A DNA stretch of 64,000 bases, taken from the NCBI GenBank assembly GCA_965645245.1, contig OZ287070.1:1798001-1862000 (forward strand). Direction: 5' to 3'. A model generated the notes under the pieces. That model made no database searches. It saw nothing but the letters and a program-made list of their open reading frames with translations, and was not told the origin of the DNA. This document shows positions 12,919 to 26,010 of this stretch, in pieces. A program made the position numbers and the translations under genes. This DNA comes from Massalongia carnosa. Taxonomy: Eukaryota. The number at the start of each line of letters is the position of its first letter. Position 1 is the stretch's first letter.

Positions 12919-13214
12919 CGGGAACAAAATCCTCCTTCAGGCATTCGTGCTTAACGTGAGATTTGAAACTCTATGCGGACTTGGAACTGCAAAGCAAAGT
13001 GTACTGTAAAAACAATATGAGCCATTTTCCAAAGATCGCAAATCAAGGCTCTTAGTTAAATCTATAAGTTCATTCTAAAGGGGGCCCAGATGCCCTGTAC
13101 CCCGCCCTAAAGATGTATTCCCCTCCGCACTTCCAGACTTCATTAAGCCAAATTGCTTTTTCATTCCTTCTATGAACTATTTACGAAGCCCGTTGAGATC
13201 AATTTCCTTTCAAC

Positions 13215-16200
13215 ATGGGCGGAGAGACGAAAACTAGATCTGTAGGAAGATCTTTTCCTCAGCTCTCGACTGGTCCGGTAGGGCAGCAAATCCACAGCAT
13301 CTACAGGGACCGTCTCCGCCAATTCACCGGAAATGGCCAATTCGAGTCACAGAATCTTGAGGCGTATGTACTACTCATCTTAGAATGGCTTGAACTATTT
13401 ACTAACGATGTTCGAATACAGAGTCATGTACGAGGGGCGGGTTTCCGGAACAGAATACATCCAGCTCTCGGTGTATTCCCCGCCCAATCTGACTCGGCCG
13501 ACCTTCAAAGATGCTACCTCGAAAGATTTTAGAGAAACTAAGGTTGGCGAATCATTTGGCCCGAGTTGGTCGACGCATTGGTTCCGGATCAAGCTGAAAG
13601 TGCCGTCGAACCTATTAGACAAGGAGCTGCTGGAACTACACTGGGACGCTGATAGTGAAGGGCTTGTATGGACGGAAGAAGGAGATCCATTGCAAGGGCT
13701 GACTGGCGGTAATGAGCGCGTGGAGTGGATTATTCCCAAGAGCTTCCGCGATGGCAAATTCCATACATTCTACATTGAGATGGCGTGCAATACTATGTTT
13801 GGCAATGCTCCTGGAGGAGATTCGATTCAACCGCCTAACCCAAACAAGTACTACCAGTTACATACCGCAGACATTGTGGCTGTGAATAAAGAAGCTAGGG
13901 CGTTATACTATGATTTCTGGATCATTGGCGGTATGATGTTACTCCCCCAATAATGCGGACCATACCTAAATATCGACGCAGACTCGGCGAGAGAATTTCC
14001 TGAGGATTCCTGGGAATGTCATGAAGCACTACAGGTTGGAAACGCCATCATCGATGCCTTTATTGCCGGCCATGCTAGTCAGGCAGCTGTCGTAAAGGGT
14101 CGAGAGATTGCTCGCAGGTACATTGGAGACGTTAATTCATCGAAAGTTTACGATACTGACAAAGAACATATCGTCTACGCCATTGGCCATTGCCATATTG
14201 ACACTTGCTGGCTCTGGCCTTGGGACGAGACCAAACGCAAGATAGCCCGCTCCTGGGCCAGCCAATGCGATCTGATTGATCGTTATCCCGAGCACCGTTT
14301 CACCTGTTCGTCGGCCCAGCAATATAAATGGCTGGAGCAACTCTACCCGACGCTGTATGACCGAGTCAAGGCAAAGGTGAGGCAAGGAAAATTCCAGCCG
14401 GTTGGTGGAAGCTGGGTGGAGCATGACACGAACTTGCCGAGTGGAGAATCACTCGTGCGCCAGTTTCTATATGGCCAACGTTTCTTTGAGAGCCATTTCG
14501 GTGAACGCTGCGCCACTTTCTGGCTGCCGGACACCTTTGGCTACTCGAGTCAGCTCCCCCAGTTATGTCGTCTTGCCGGTATGAGTCGGTTCTTTACCCA
14601 GAAGTTGAGTTGGAATAACATCAACAACTTCCCGCATACAACCTTCAACTGGGTATCCTTGGATGGAAGCCAGGTTCTTTGTCATATGGCGCCTTCGGAG
14701 ACATATACCGCTGATGCGAACTGGGGGGACGTTAAGCGTAGCGTCTCCCAGCATAAATCCTTAGACCAGGATAAGACCTCTCTGTTGGTATTTGGCAAAG
14801 GGGACGGTGGAGGAGGACCAACATTTGGGCATCTGGAAAAGCTACGAAGATGTCGAGGAGTCAGCGATACCGTCGGGCTTTTGCCCAGAGTAAAAATGGG
14901 AAACTCTGTCGAAGACTTTTTCGATAGACTGGAGAAGAAAGCAATCGAGGGGACTAAATACGTGACTTGGTATGGCGAGCTGTATTTCGAGCTGCACCGG
15001 GGTACATATACCACTCAAGCAAACAACAAATGGAATAACCGAAAAACCGAAGTCCTTCTCCATGATGTTGAATACATGGCTACGCTTCTAAGCATCAAGG
15101 ACCGTAGGTACCAATACCCGAAGAAAGACATCGATGACATGTGGGAAAACATCTTACTCTGCCAATTTCACGATTGTTTACCCGGGAGTTGTATCGAAAT
15201 GTGCTACGATGACTCGGGCGAGGTGTACGCCAGTATTTTTGAGACGGGCGAAGGTATCATTGATGATATACGTACACTCCTCGGCTTTGGTCAGCTTGAG
15301 ACAGATAATTTCACCGCTATCAACACTCTCCCATGGGCGCGAGCAGAGATTGTTAAGCTGCCAGAAAGTAGATGCTCAAAAGATTCAAAGTATGCCCTCG
15401 TGCATGGGAATCCCGGAATTGTCAGCGTGGACAAACTGTCCGAATCGCCGCAGACGGCTCAACCTTCAGCCTCTATCAAGGAAGTAAGGGCGGGTGTTTA
15501 TCAGCTATCAAATGATCACTACAGGCTGGAGGTCGAGGGTGGTAGCATAACCTCGTTAATTGACCTTTCAGTCAACCGTGAAATCATAGCCCACGGTAAG
15601 AAAGCAAACCAACTCGTTATCTTTGACGATAAGCCTCTTTACTGGCAAGCCTGGGACGTAGAGGTGTATCACCTCGAGTCTCGGGAGGAGTTACCATCCG
15701 GTGACAGCGAAATCGTCGAGCGAGGCCCTCACAAGGTTAGCCTTGTCACGGAAACCAAAATCAGTGAGAAAAGTTGGATCAAGACTACCATCAGTCTCGC
15801 CGCCAGCGTCGCCAACCAGCCCTCATACGTGGAACTTATCAGCGAGGTGGAATGGCGCGAAAACATGAAGTTCCTAAAAGTGGAATTTCCTGTCGACATC
15901 GTCAACACCGAGGCCTCGTACGAAACCCAATTCGGCGTCATCCGCCGGCCTACGCACTACAACACTAGCTGGGACATGGCCAAATTCGAGGTCTGCTGCC
16001 ATAAGTGGGCCGATCTTTCGGAAAATGGCTACGGAGTTTCCATCCTGAATGATAGCAAATATGGCTTCGCCACCTGCGGCAATGTGATGCGATTATCTCT
16101 TCTGCGCGCGCCAAAGGCCCCGGACGCTCATGCTGACATGGGTACGCTCTGAAACCCCTTCTTTCCCCCAATCGCTCCTTCCCTCTTGACACCACTGACA

Positions 16201-16659
16201 TCCCCCCTTCCAGGCCGCCACCACATCCGCTACGCTATCCTCCCACACTCCGGTTCCCTCTCCCACCTCACAGTCCGCACGGCCCGCAACTTCAATCACC
16301 CTTTCAGTCTGCTTCCGTGCCCCCCATCCTCCGCCCTCGCCTCTGCCTCTAGCCTCCTCAACTCCATCTCCCTCGCCGGCTCCCCCTCCCTGATCCTCGA
16401 CACCATCAAGCGCGGGGAAGACGACAAGGACGTCTCGCGCGGCGACCTCCCCCAGCGGGAAGGCCGCAGCGTTATCGTCAGGGTGTACGAGAGTTTGGGC
16501 GGCAAGGGAAGGGGCGTTTTGAAATGTAGCTTGGGGGTCAAAAGGGCGTGGAAGACGAATCTGTTGGAGGATGATGGGGAGGAGTTGAAGTGGGAGGAAG
16601 AGGGGGTGGCGATTGAGTTGCGGGCTTTTGAAGTGGCGACTTTCCGGCTGGGGTTGTGA
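13215..16659 (+). CDS. AMS1: Glycoside hydrolase family 38 vacuolar/cytosolic alpha-mannosidase, spliced
   Basis: Motifs FGPSWSTHWF, GHCHIDTCWLWPW (about 14185), GGSWVEHD, FWLPDTFGYS, GELYFELHRGTYT, CQFHDCLPGS and LSLLRAPKAPD. Introns at about 13364-13422, 13931-13982 and 16142-16213. Confidence 0.95.
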
Positions 16660-17258
16660 AGATGGGATGGGGAGAATGCAGGAAAACAAAAATTTAATAT
16701 ACCTAATTAGTAGTTAACCTAGCCGTCAAACCCCCTAGTTACGTTTCGTCGCTCAGAAACCCCCTTCACAGACTTTCACCCATTTTCCGAGCTCTCCCAT
16801 TGCTGTGCTTGGTAACTATTCTCCCCTTCCCCCTTCCCTTCCCCATCTCATTATTTGACCTCCCTTTCTTGATTTCTTATTTTTCATTCTCTATTTTATT
16901 TGATTTTGTTCTTTCGTTCCCGTCGATGTCAATATCATTTCCTTTTCATCGATCGTTTCAATTTTATTTTTCTTCTTCTTCTTCTTCTTCTTCTTCTCAA
17001 TATCCTCCACCATCAGATCCATCCATCAAACAAACAAGGAAACCTCTCCCCTTCTCCTCCTCAAAAAAGAAAACATCCAACCAAGCGCACATTTCCCCAA
17101 ACCCCAACCCCCAAAGATCCGAAGACCCAGGGATCCCCCCGGAAGAAACAACTACACGAGTGAGTGAGTGAGCGAGCGAATACCTACCTCACGTATCTCT
17201 CACGTATCTCACGTACCTACCTGACTGCGAAGAAACACCTAGAGTGACGAAAAGGAGG

Positions 17259-17260
<2 letters not shown>

Positions 17261-17301
<41 letters not shown>

Positions 17302-17314
17302 AAGAAGAAGAAGA
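17261..17314. repeat. Compound microsatellite (AGT)n(AGA)n
   Basis: About 13 AGT units followed by AGA units, directly visible. A (TTC)n tract lies at about 16969-16997 in the same spacer. Confidence 0.9.
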
Positions 17315-17482
17315 GATATGAATTCGTCGAAAATAATGTATACCTATCCTAGAGGGGGGAATAAATAAGTAAATAGGGGATTCCCCATATATCTATCAAT
17401 CAATCTAGGTATCTGGCTACATACCTACTTATTCTTTTACCCGCCCCTCATCCAACTTTAGGAAAACAATAAGAAAAATCTA

Positions 17483-19069
17483 TCACAGCAGTGGATTTTG
17501 TCTATACTCGGGGACTTCGGCGGCCCCATCGCCCTCCCCCTTCTTCGCCCGACTCTCCTTCTTCTCCGCGCTCTCGAGCCCGTTCGTTACCGCTCTGCTG
17601 CCCTCTGCCTCCTCCTCCTTCTCCGCCGCTCCCGAATCCTCCTGCTCGGTGAGGAACTTCTCCGCTTCGAGGGCGGCGATGCAGCCGGATCCTGTGTGCG
17701 TATGAGCGTGAGTGGGTGGTTTTTTTTTTTTTTATGTTAATGTTTTTGAACGTGGTTGGATGGAATGGAACTGAGGAGGAAGGATTTGGGGGGAAGTCTC
17801 CTTTGGTTTTGGGAAGGAAGGAAGGTGGGAAAAATGACTAAGGGAAATAGAAAGGGGGGGAAAGTACCAGCACTGGTAATAGCCTGCCTGTATCGCTTAT
17901 CCTGCACGTCTCCGGCCGCAAACACACCCTCAACGCTCGTGTAGCTAGTCCCCGGTTTCGTCACCACGTATCCGTCTGTGTCCATCTCCAACTGGCCCGC
18001 AAACATCTTCGTCGCAGGATCGTGACCCACGGCGTAAAACAGGCCATTGGCATCTAAATGCTCCTCCTCCCCACTCACCACGTTCTTGATCAGCAATCCG
18101 GTCATGAGTCCGCGGTCCCCAGGCTCTCCCGTTACCTTCAGCGCCACGGTGTTGTACCTTACGCTCACTTTGGGGTTCGCAAGCAGCCGTTTGGCCATCG
18201 TCTTGCTCGCCCTCAATTGTCCTTTGCGCACAAGCACAGTGACATGGCTACCATACTTGGTGAGGAAAACCGCCTCTTCGGCCGCCGAGTCTCCCCCACC
18301 GATGACAACGAGCGGCCTCTTACGAAAGATCGGCACCGCACCGTCACAGACCGCACATGCGCTGATGCCATTCTGCCAGTATTTGTCCTCGCCAGGGAGG
18401 TCGAGGCGCCGAGCAGATGCTCCCGTGGCGATTATCAGGGCGGAGGCAGTGTGGGGGGTAGAGGGGCTGTCTTCAGGGTAGAGCTTAAAGGGACGGGAGG
18501 AGAGGTCGACGCGGTGGATCGTTTCGGTGATGATTTCAGTGCCAAAGCGAAGGGATTGGGCTCGCATTGCGTCCTTGGAGGTGTGTTAGTAAACGAGACA
18601 TGGGGGTTGGGGGGGGGGCGTTTCTGACAAATGAAACGGGAAGAAGGAAACTGAGAGAAAGAAGCCTACCATTAATTCTGAACCGCCGATGCCATTAGGG
18701 AATCCGGGATAGTTTTCCACGTCAGTGGTTGTAGTTAATTGGCCGCCGGCTGCGATGCCATTTGCTAGCATGCCCTCGTAGAGAACGGCTATTGTATCTC
18801 TCAGCCTGATGTCGCACTTCTCAGGATTCATGATTCTCACGTTTCAATTCTGCTCGCGAGAGGTATACCGCCGCGGTATGGGCTGCTGGGCCTGACCTGT
18901 TTGATTTGTGCCCTCAGCATCTATCTAGGAATGCTCTTTGGAAACGAGTATTCTCAAGAATTGCTTACCCGATGACTATTAACAAGCGTCAGTAAGGAAA
19001 CAAAGACACAGACCCGAGCATCAAGGAAGAGTTCTTGGAGACCAACTCACTAACAACCTCTGAATGCAT
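17483..19069 (-). CDS. TRR1: Thioredoxin reductase (low-MW type), multi-exon; possible non-AUG N-terminal extension to 19249
   Basis: Spliced [44 protein letters not shown] (CxxC), [12 protein letters not shown] and [21 protein letters not shown]. The C-terminus is EYRQNPLL* with the stop at 17483-17485. Confidence 0.95.
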
Positions 19070-19656
19070 GCCTCGTCGCTTCTCCGGGCCCATTGAACCA
19101 CCAATGCCTAAGTCTAACGGGGCGGTAACCGTCGCGGACGGGCGTGTACTTGCGCTCTTCTGTTGAAATGAGACTGCGACTGCGGCGAGAGAAATGCCGA
19201 CGCGGGAACGAAGCGGATTGGACGTGCGGCGGAAGGCGGTGGAAAACAGCTTGAAGGTAAGGGAGGGGTCGATGATGGGGCGAAGGGGTTATACGGGGTG
19301 AGGCGATCTCGAGATATATGATTTCTGAAGTAGTAGACTTGGGGCCGAGTAATGAGAAGGGGTACGTAGAGGGCGAATTGGTGTTACTGATTTTTGAGGA
19401 TTCCAAATCTTTCGTGTAAAGCTGTTCTAAGCACTCTGTATTCGCATTAGAGATCTTCCAGAGCGTTCGTCATGGAGTGCTTTGCGCAACCAATCAGGAC
19501 CGGGCTTCCATTCCATGACAAATCATTAACGGTTGCAAGCCAAAAGAAGCAAATCATATATCTTAAAAATCACAAATCACAAATCACAAAAAGAGCATGC
19601 GAACAGAAGATATTTATGTATTATGGTGGTTGAGCTCGTCTTCGAATCATGATGGT

Positions 19657-21996
19657 CTATCCTGCTTTCCCCCTGGGTCCAGTGGGGATCTCTTTCACCA
19701 ACTTAATCTTCCCGCCTACCAATTCCTCTCCCGCATCAGACCCTTTTCCCACCGTGCTCTTCTCCTCCAGAACGCTCCGATCGAAGCTCGTAGGGTCTAT
19801 CCCAAGAACCCCCCCGACAGTGTCCCCAGCCACGCTGAATTCGCGAAACGCGTATTTCCACTCACTCAACCAGCCCCGGATGGCCTTTCCCACCTTGTCC
19901 TTGCCGTTCTTGCTGTGATGCCCCGTGCCTGTAATGGCGTACACCGAACGTCCAGAGGTCTGCTGCTCCACTAGTACCTGTTCCAAATACTCGACAGCTT
20001 CCTCTGGGTGCAAGCCATGCAGATCGATATAGACTTCTTGGGATGATGAGTTGGCTTGGTTCCGTTCTTCGTAGAGGGCCCGAGCGGCTTCCCGGTGGGC
20101 TTTTCGCATCAAGTCGTTCTCAGATTGTCCGCGAAGACTGAGAGCTTTTGCGGCTCGAGCATCATTGCGGTTCCATGCTTGAGCAGCGCTAGAGGATATC
20201 AGAATGTAAAAACAAACATGGCGTGGCGTGCACAAAGATTTTACCTTTGCAGGAATTTATTCCGTAGCCCCCCATGTTTAAAGGCATTTTGCCGAGCTTT
20301 CAAGTAAGCTTGATTAGCTTTCTCGCCGGTCACAAGCCAGGGTACGTGATGAGGGGCGGGTATAGCGTTGGCCGCAAGAGTGTTCTCCCGGCTGCCCGTG
20401 TAGCTTTTGGATTTTGTCAGGCCCTTCCGAGGCAACCCTAGAGCCGGCGAAGGAGCTGCTCGAACGATATCAGCAAGGGAGTTGGGCAAGATTTCTTTGC
20501 TGCCGGGGCCATGCCCATGGCCACCACGTTTGCCATGATGTTTCTTCACCACCTTGCCTCCAATTGACCCCAGAGTAGGAAAAGCCTCCGCGTCATCGAC
20601 TGCAGGTATCGACGGGGTAGGCTCACGAGATTGATGGCGACTACTGGGTCGTGAGCCGTGGGGATTTGTGGATGATAATCCGTTCATTGACGTAGTCCTG
20701 GGTGCAAAAGGCCGCCGGGGGGCAGCCATATAGCCATTAGATCCCTGGGAGCTGCAGTAATTGTAGGCGTTTGATTTGTTTGAGGAGGAAGACGGCCGCG
20801 TCCATTGGTGTCTAGCTGTGGGCTGAAGCGCTGGAAAAGCGTCGTAATCCTGCACCTGAAAGCTGGGGTGTATCTGGGATGGAGCGTTCCCGAGAGCGCC
20901 GCTGCCATCGCCAAGGTTCATCCGATTGATCAGAAGCGCAGGATCATGCGAGAAGATGCACGAGTTGCCAGCTAGGCAATTTCCAACCATCCAATATCTA
21001 GACTATTGGTCAGAGCATTGAGAACCGACTACAAGAAATCGATACGTACTTGCAAATATGGCTGCTTAGGTCGTGGCTGAATCGGCAGTCTGCCCGCAGG
21101 CAACTTCCATTGGCCAACCAATACTTGCAGACGATGCTGCTACGGCTGCGTGACGCCTGATCGGTCAAAACCGGCTGGCTGGTCGTCATTGACTTTCCAA
21201 TCAGGATCTGACCGTTAGTCTCCGGCATGTACGTCTGTTCATGAGGATACATGACCTGAGAACCCATCAAGTTCGCAAGCGTGGTACTCAGGTCATACCC
21301 ACCGGCCTCCAAAGCACTTTCGATTTCTTCGTCGGTTTTTCCGTCGCCCAAGACGGACCGGAGCATATCATAAGGGGACATTTCATGTTGCTGGGGCTGA
21401 ATCCAAGATGCTGCTGCACCGCTGAGTCCGCTCTCGTATGCACTTCCCGCGCCGGACGATGATGGCCTGCTATTCATTCCGTCGTTGACCAGCCAGTCGA
21501 CGGTATCGCTTCCATAGTCTCCATAATCATTTGGCGTAGTGCTGGGCTCGCTGAACTCATACGAATTCAGGCTCGGGCTGTGGGGGATGGAAGCGGCAAA
21601 GGCCATTCGAGGCGAGGGACGTGGGGAAGTAAATGGGCTTGTATTGAACGACTTCGCTCTGATGAAGCCAGGCCTCGACGAGCTGAGGCCTAGGGACGGG
21701 ACTGGAATCACACCGCTGAGGGCTGGAGATGCCAATGGGGTCGACCCGTGCGATTGCCAAGGAGCCGGTGAGGTGCGGCGAATCACGGTTTGTCGTATCA
21801 GTGGCGATGATTTCGATGTTCCTATCGATTCTCTGTATTGCCAAAGAATGTTTAGCACCGCATCCTCCAACGGTTTGCCCGTCAATGATGATTCCTTTTG
21901 CACCCATTCCTCCAGTTTTTCGGTTTTGTCTTCATCCTCCATGGAGGAGTCCTCCAAAATCGGTAAGCATAATTCGTACAGCGCATCGGACACCAT
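19657..21996 (-). CDS. CCCH zinc finger and SMR (DUF1771-Smr) domain protein, spliced
   Basis: Two CCCH fingers (CKYWLANGSCLRADCRFSH; CKYWMVGNCLAGNSCIFSH) and Smr motifs IDLHGLH and ITGTGHHS. ATG at 21996 (MVSDALY). Confidence 0.9.
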
Positions 21997-22794
21997 CTTT
22001 GCGCCCTTGTTCTCTGTAAGCTTAAGCAATTGAAAATCGATAATCCTCGTTTATTTGGATGCTAGCTGCATCAACTATATATTATTATGAATTTGGATAA
22101 GTGGATCGTTGGTGTTGATGATGCAAAGCTCGCGGCGACGATAGACAATCACGTATTAATAGAGTTTCGCAGCAAGAACAAGGGACCGGGAAAGACAAGG
22201 ACTATATAAATCGAGGGGATGAACGAGCAACTACATTTTTACCTCTTCATGGGACACAAGGTCGGAAGCAGAGGGTCAGCTTTCACATCTCAGGAAGCTG
22301 AATGGTGCTGGGGGTGTATCATGTACGGTGTAGAGTCAGTCAGCCCTACTCGATCATTGGTTTCTGGGCGTAAATGAGGCGGGATGAGTGAAGGATGAGG
22401 AACGGATAATGGTGATGGATGACGGATGACGGATGATGAACGATCTTTGATGACTGATCGTTACGAAGCTTAAGCCTCACAGCCTCACAACGTCAAGTTA
22501 TAGCCAAACATCGCCTTCATAATACAATAGCGTACCCCTTGCAGATCCTGCTGCGATGCAAGCAAGCGAGATACCCGCGTTCCAGATGTATCATTTTCTC
22601 AGCATCAAAACCCCTAAGGAAAATAAAAAAGAATGAAGTCTATTCGCTAAGTGATATGGAGAGGGATATATTGTCACCCGATTACGCCTAGTTACCTGCC
22701 ACACAAGCCTATTGATATCTTATTTATGGTAGAGTTCATCGAAAGTGCTCCAAAGCAGCGAGTACCCCGATTCTCGCAACACCCGGTCACCTAA

Positions 22795-24530
22795 TCATTC
22801 CTTCTTGTCCTGGCCGCCCGTCTCCTGCTTCGCGACCTCGCCTCCGTCCCTCTCCGCTTCCGCGGCCTCGACCGCTTGCTCCTGACCCTTTCCTTCTTCG
22901 GCTTTGGCATTGGCTTTCCGCTGCTCCTCCTCATCGATATTCTCGTAGTCCTTCGGCGCCCGTTGCCCGCTCTCACCACTCTCCTCGTTCTGCTCGTTCT
23001 CCTCCTCGATCAGATCTTGCTGCTCCTTCAGCACCTCCAGCCGTTGCTTGTTCGTAGCCGCCCCCTCCGCGTTGTGCACCTCGAGCTCAATCTCGTGGAA
23101 GAGCTCCTCGGGGATGGAGGAGAGCACCGCTTGCAGGGCGTCGATTTGAGAGGAGATCTCCGAATCTTGGCCTTGCGTGTACATGAATGCGTTGCTGAGT
23201 ACGAGGAGCGTGGAGGGCACTCCGTACTTCAACCGGAGATCAAGCCACATCTGGAGATCGTCCCGAAGCCGTCCCGGGCTCATACCCTGAGTCCGAAGGC
23301 CTCGTGAAGCGCATGCTGTTTGAAGCTCAGGAACAGACAGACTATCCACGCCTTCGAAAGATATGGCGCGATCATCACGCTTGATTTGGCGCATGCGGTG
23401 ACGGATTTGATAGCGCAACATCATATCCGTGCCAAATGCGCTCAGGTTCATGTACTTGGTCATGCCAACCAATTGAGGCCGGGAAAGATTGTCTAAGGTC
23501 AGATCGTCCTTGAAAATCTTGCAGACCTTGATGACGTCGTTCTGTGTGGGAGACTCTCCGGTTGCACGTACTTTCCGAAAGAACTCTGCGAATTCTTCCT
23601 TCTGCGCATTTACCGCACTGACGGGAAGGCCCGTCTCCTTGAGCGTGTTGCGGAGAAAATTGCTCACCTCTTTGCGGGTTGCGCGTAAGTTCTTGGCCTT
23701 TGAGTCTTTGGACGTTTGCCCTTCGTATGTACTCGGAAGTAGATTTGGGAATAGTTTGAGCGCAACTGGAAGTAACAGTTCGGCAAAAGGAACTATGATG
23801 AAGACTGAGAAAGGAACCAACCGGCCCAGATCTTGCACGGTGCGCTGAAGTTGTTTGTTTTCTCTTCGGCTCAGCTCATACCCAGCTGCCATTTTCAAGG
23901 CCAGTTTCGTGCTGATCCTAACCTCGGTAGCCAAGAGCTTGGTCCCATCCCAGTAATGAAGTATCTCCCTTTTGACCTTTTGGGGAAATGTGAGCTTTTT
24001 TTGTTCCTTCTTGGCATCTGGTAGATTCTCCTCTGCCTGAGTCGCTGCTGCCTTATCCGCCGCCAATTCTGCTAAAGTACTATCTTCCGCAGCTTTCGTC
24101 TTTGCCGTACCAGTGGCTTGCACCCTCGATACTCCACTGATTGTGTCTTCAGTCGTCGAAGCTGATATGACCTGTTTGGATATTGTTTTCTTTGGTTCCT
24201 CCTTAGGCAACGGTTTTTTTGCCTCTTCTGCGTTGAATCCCGGCGGAGGAAATCCTGCGCCTCCAACGCTAGTAGTAGACGTTCCGGTAGCATAGCTTCG
24301 ACGTGGTAGAACTATGGCAAAGGCTTGTAGATGAGGAGGAAGGTTTCTGGCGTTATGTTGTAGAAAAGCCGAATGAGTTGATGAGACAGTGAGAGAGTTC
24401 CTTATGGCGGAAACACCTAGCGTTGCATGTTATTTACGAAGACGTTCACCCAAAGCATCGGTATCATACCTCCACCACGTAGCCCTCTCTGTATTGATCC
24501 ATTATGAATAATTCTTGAGGAGACGCTCAT
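22795..24530 (-). CDS. MDM38: LETM1/Mdm38 mitochondrial inner-membrane protein
   Basis: Motifs HYWDGTKLL, DLGRLVPFSVFIIVPFAELLLPVALKLFPNLLPSTY, LDNLSRPQL and ELQTACASRG. Inferred start ATG at 24530 with a short first exon and an intron at about 24418-24468. Confidence 0.92.
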
Positions 24531-25146
24531 CTCAAAGATTTGTTGCGCCAACACGCGGGAACACCAGAATAGAGAACAACAGGGGATTAAGAAAGCACAC
24601 CCGGTTCCAAAGAGACAATAACGCTAATGATTCCTGTGGATTTTATGTTAGGATAATGTCGCTCTGAAAATAGACATGTGTGAATGATATGACAAAATTC
24701 TGGTTGATGTCGGTTGATGTTGTCCACGTACGCAGTACTCCGTACAGAGAGTATTGGCCTAGCACTTCCACACGTGATGTCCGTCGGGCCTGGGGCTAAT
24801 GTACTCTCTCCGATGCTCCGGATTCCGCCCGAAACTAGTTCGATGAAACTCGCCGAGGTGCCCTCACCCCCTAAGATCAAAAACCTCCCTCCTTATCCTC
24901 CTCCTCCCCCTTCTCCTTCTCCTGTTCTTCCTCCCCCTCCTCGTCCCCCTCTTCAACAATTCTTCCGAAAAGAGGTGGTATTCCTGCTTGGCCAGCTTCC
25001 TTGTTATTGGCCAAGTATGGATCTGTGACAATACCAAGACTCGAAGCTTCGAGCTTCTCTTCCTGGAGGGGAGGACCTGGTTTCCCCCCCTTCCCGAAGT
25101 TTCATTCCTCATTCTAGCGATCACTTTGCACTAAGGCATTTCATCA

Positions 25147-26010
25147 ATGGCAATGACGACCAAAGAATTCAAGAGAGCTGCTCGCATCATCCTCGTTGGT
25201 GCCCCCGGCGTAGGTAAAGGTACTCAAGCCGAGCGGCTTATGAAGCGATTTCCTCAGCTCTCCGCGGTCAGCTCCGGGGACCTATTGCGCGAAAGCGTTC
25301 GCAAAAAAACCTCGCTAGGTACGCACCTCTACGACCGTCTTCCCCGCACCTCCAAAATCCCCCCCCCCCCAAAACCGACTTTCCTGACTCGTCGCCAAAC
25401 TCCAGGTCTTGAAGCCGAAGACGCCATGAAATCTGGTAATCTAGTCCCTGATGAAATGATCCTACGCCTCATCCTTGCGGAGCTCAAATCCAAAAACTGG
25501 CTCCCACCGAGCACCTCCCTCTCCCCTCCCCCAACCCCCAGCACCACTCCTTCCCCCTCCACCTCTGTCTCCGCCACCGCCACCGCCACTGCCTCCGCCT
25601 CCCCAAGCGCCTCCTTCATCCTAGACGGCTTCCCCCGCACCGCCATCCAAGCTGCCCGCCTCGACTCTCTCATACCCATCAACCTGGTCGTCTCCCTCCT
25701 GACGCCCGCGCCCATCATCCTCCGCCGCATTGCGTCGCGCTGGGTGCACGCGCCCAGCGGTCGCGTCTACAATACCAGCTTTAACAAGCCCCGCCGGCCC
25801 GGCCGCGACGATCTCACCGACGAGGCGTTGACCCAGCGCGCCGACGATGACGAGCACACCTGGCGCGCGCGCCTGCGCAAGTTTGACGAGACGAGCAAGC
25901 CGCTGCTGGAGCACTATGCGCGCAAGGGCGTGCTGTGGACCGTTGAGGGCGAGAGCAGCGATGAGATCAGCCCCAAGCTCTTTGGGGAGCTGGAGCGGAG
26001 GTTTTGTTGA
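25147..26010 (+). CDS. ADK2: Adenylate kinase, mitochondrial GTP:AMP phosphotransferase (AK3/yeast Adk2-type)
   Basis: GAPGVGKGTQ P-loop, SSGDLLR, ILDGFPRT and LID motif RWVHAPSGRVYN. Probable 87-nt in-frame intron 25319-25405. Confidence 0.9.
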   Translation: MAMTTKEFKRAARIILVGAPGVGKGTQAERLMKRFPQLSAVSSGDLLRESVRKKTSLGTHLYDRLPRTSKIPPPPKPTFLTRRQTPGLEAEDAMKSGNLVPDEMILRLILAELKSKNWLPPSTSLSPPPTPSTTPSPSTSVSATATATASASPSASFILDGFPRTAIQAARLDSLIPINLVVSLLTPAPIILRRIASRWVHAPSGRVYNTSFNKPRRPGRDDLTDEALTQRADDDEHTWRARLRKFDETSKPLLEHYARKGVLWTVEGESSDEISPKLFGELERRFC

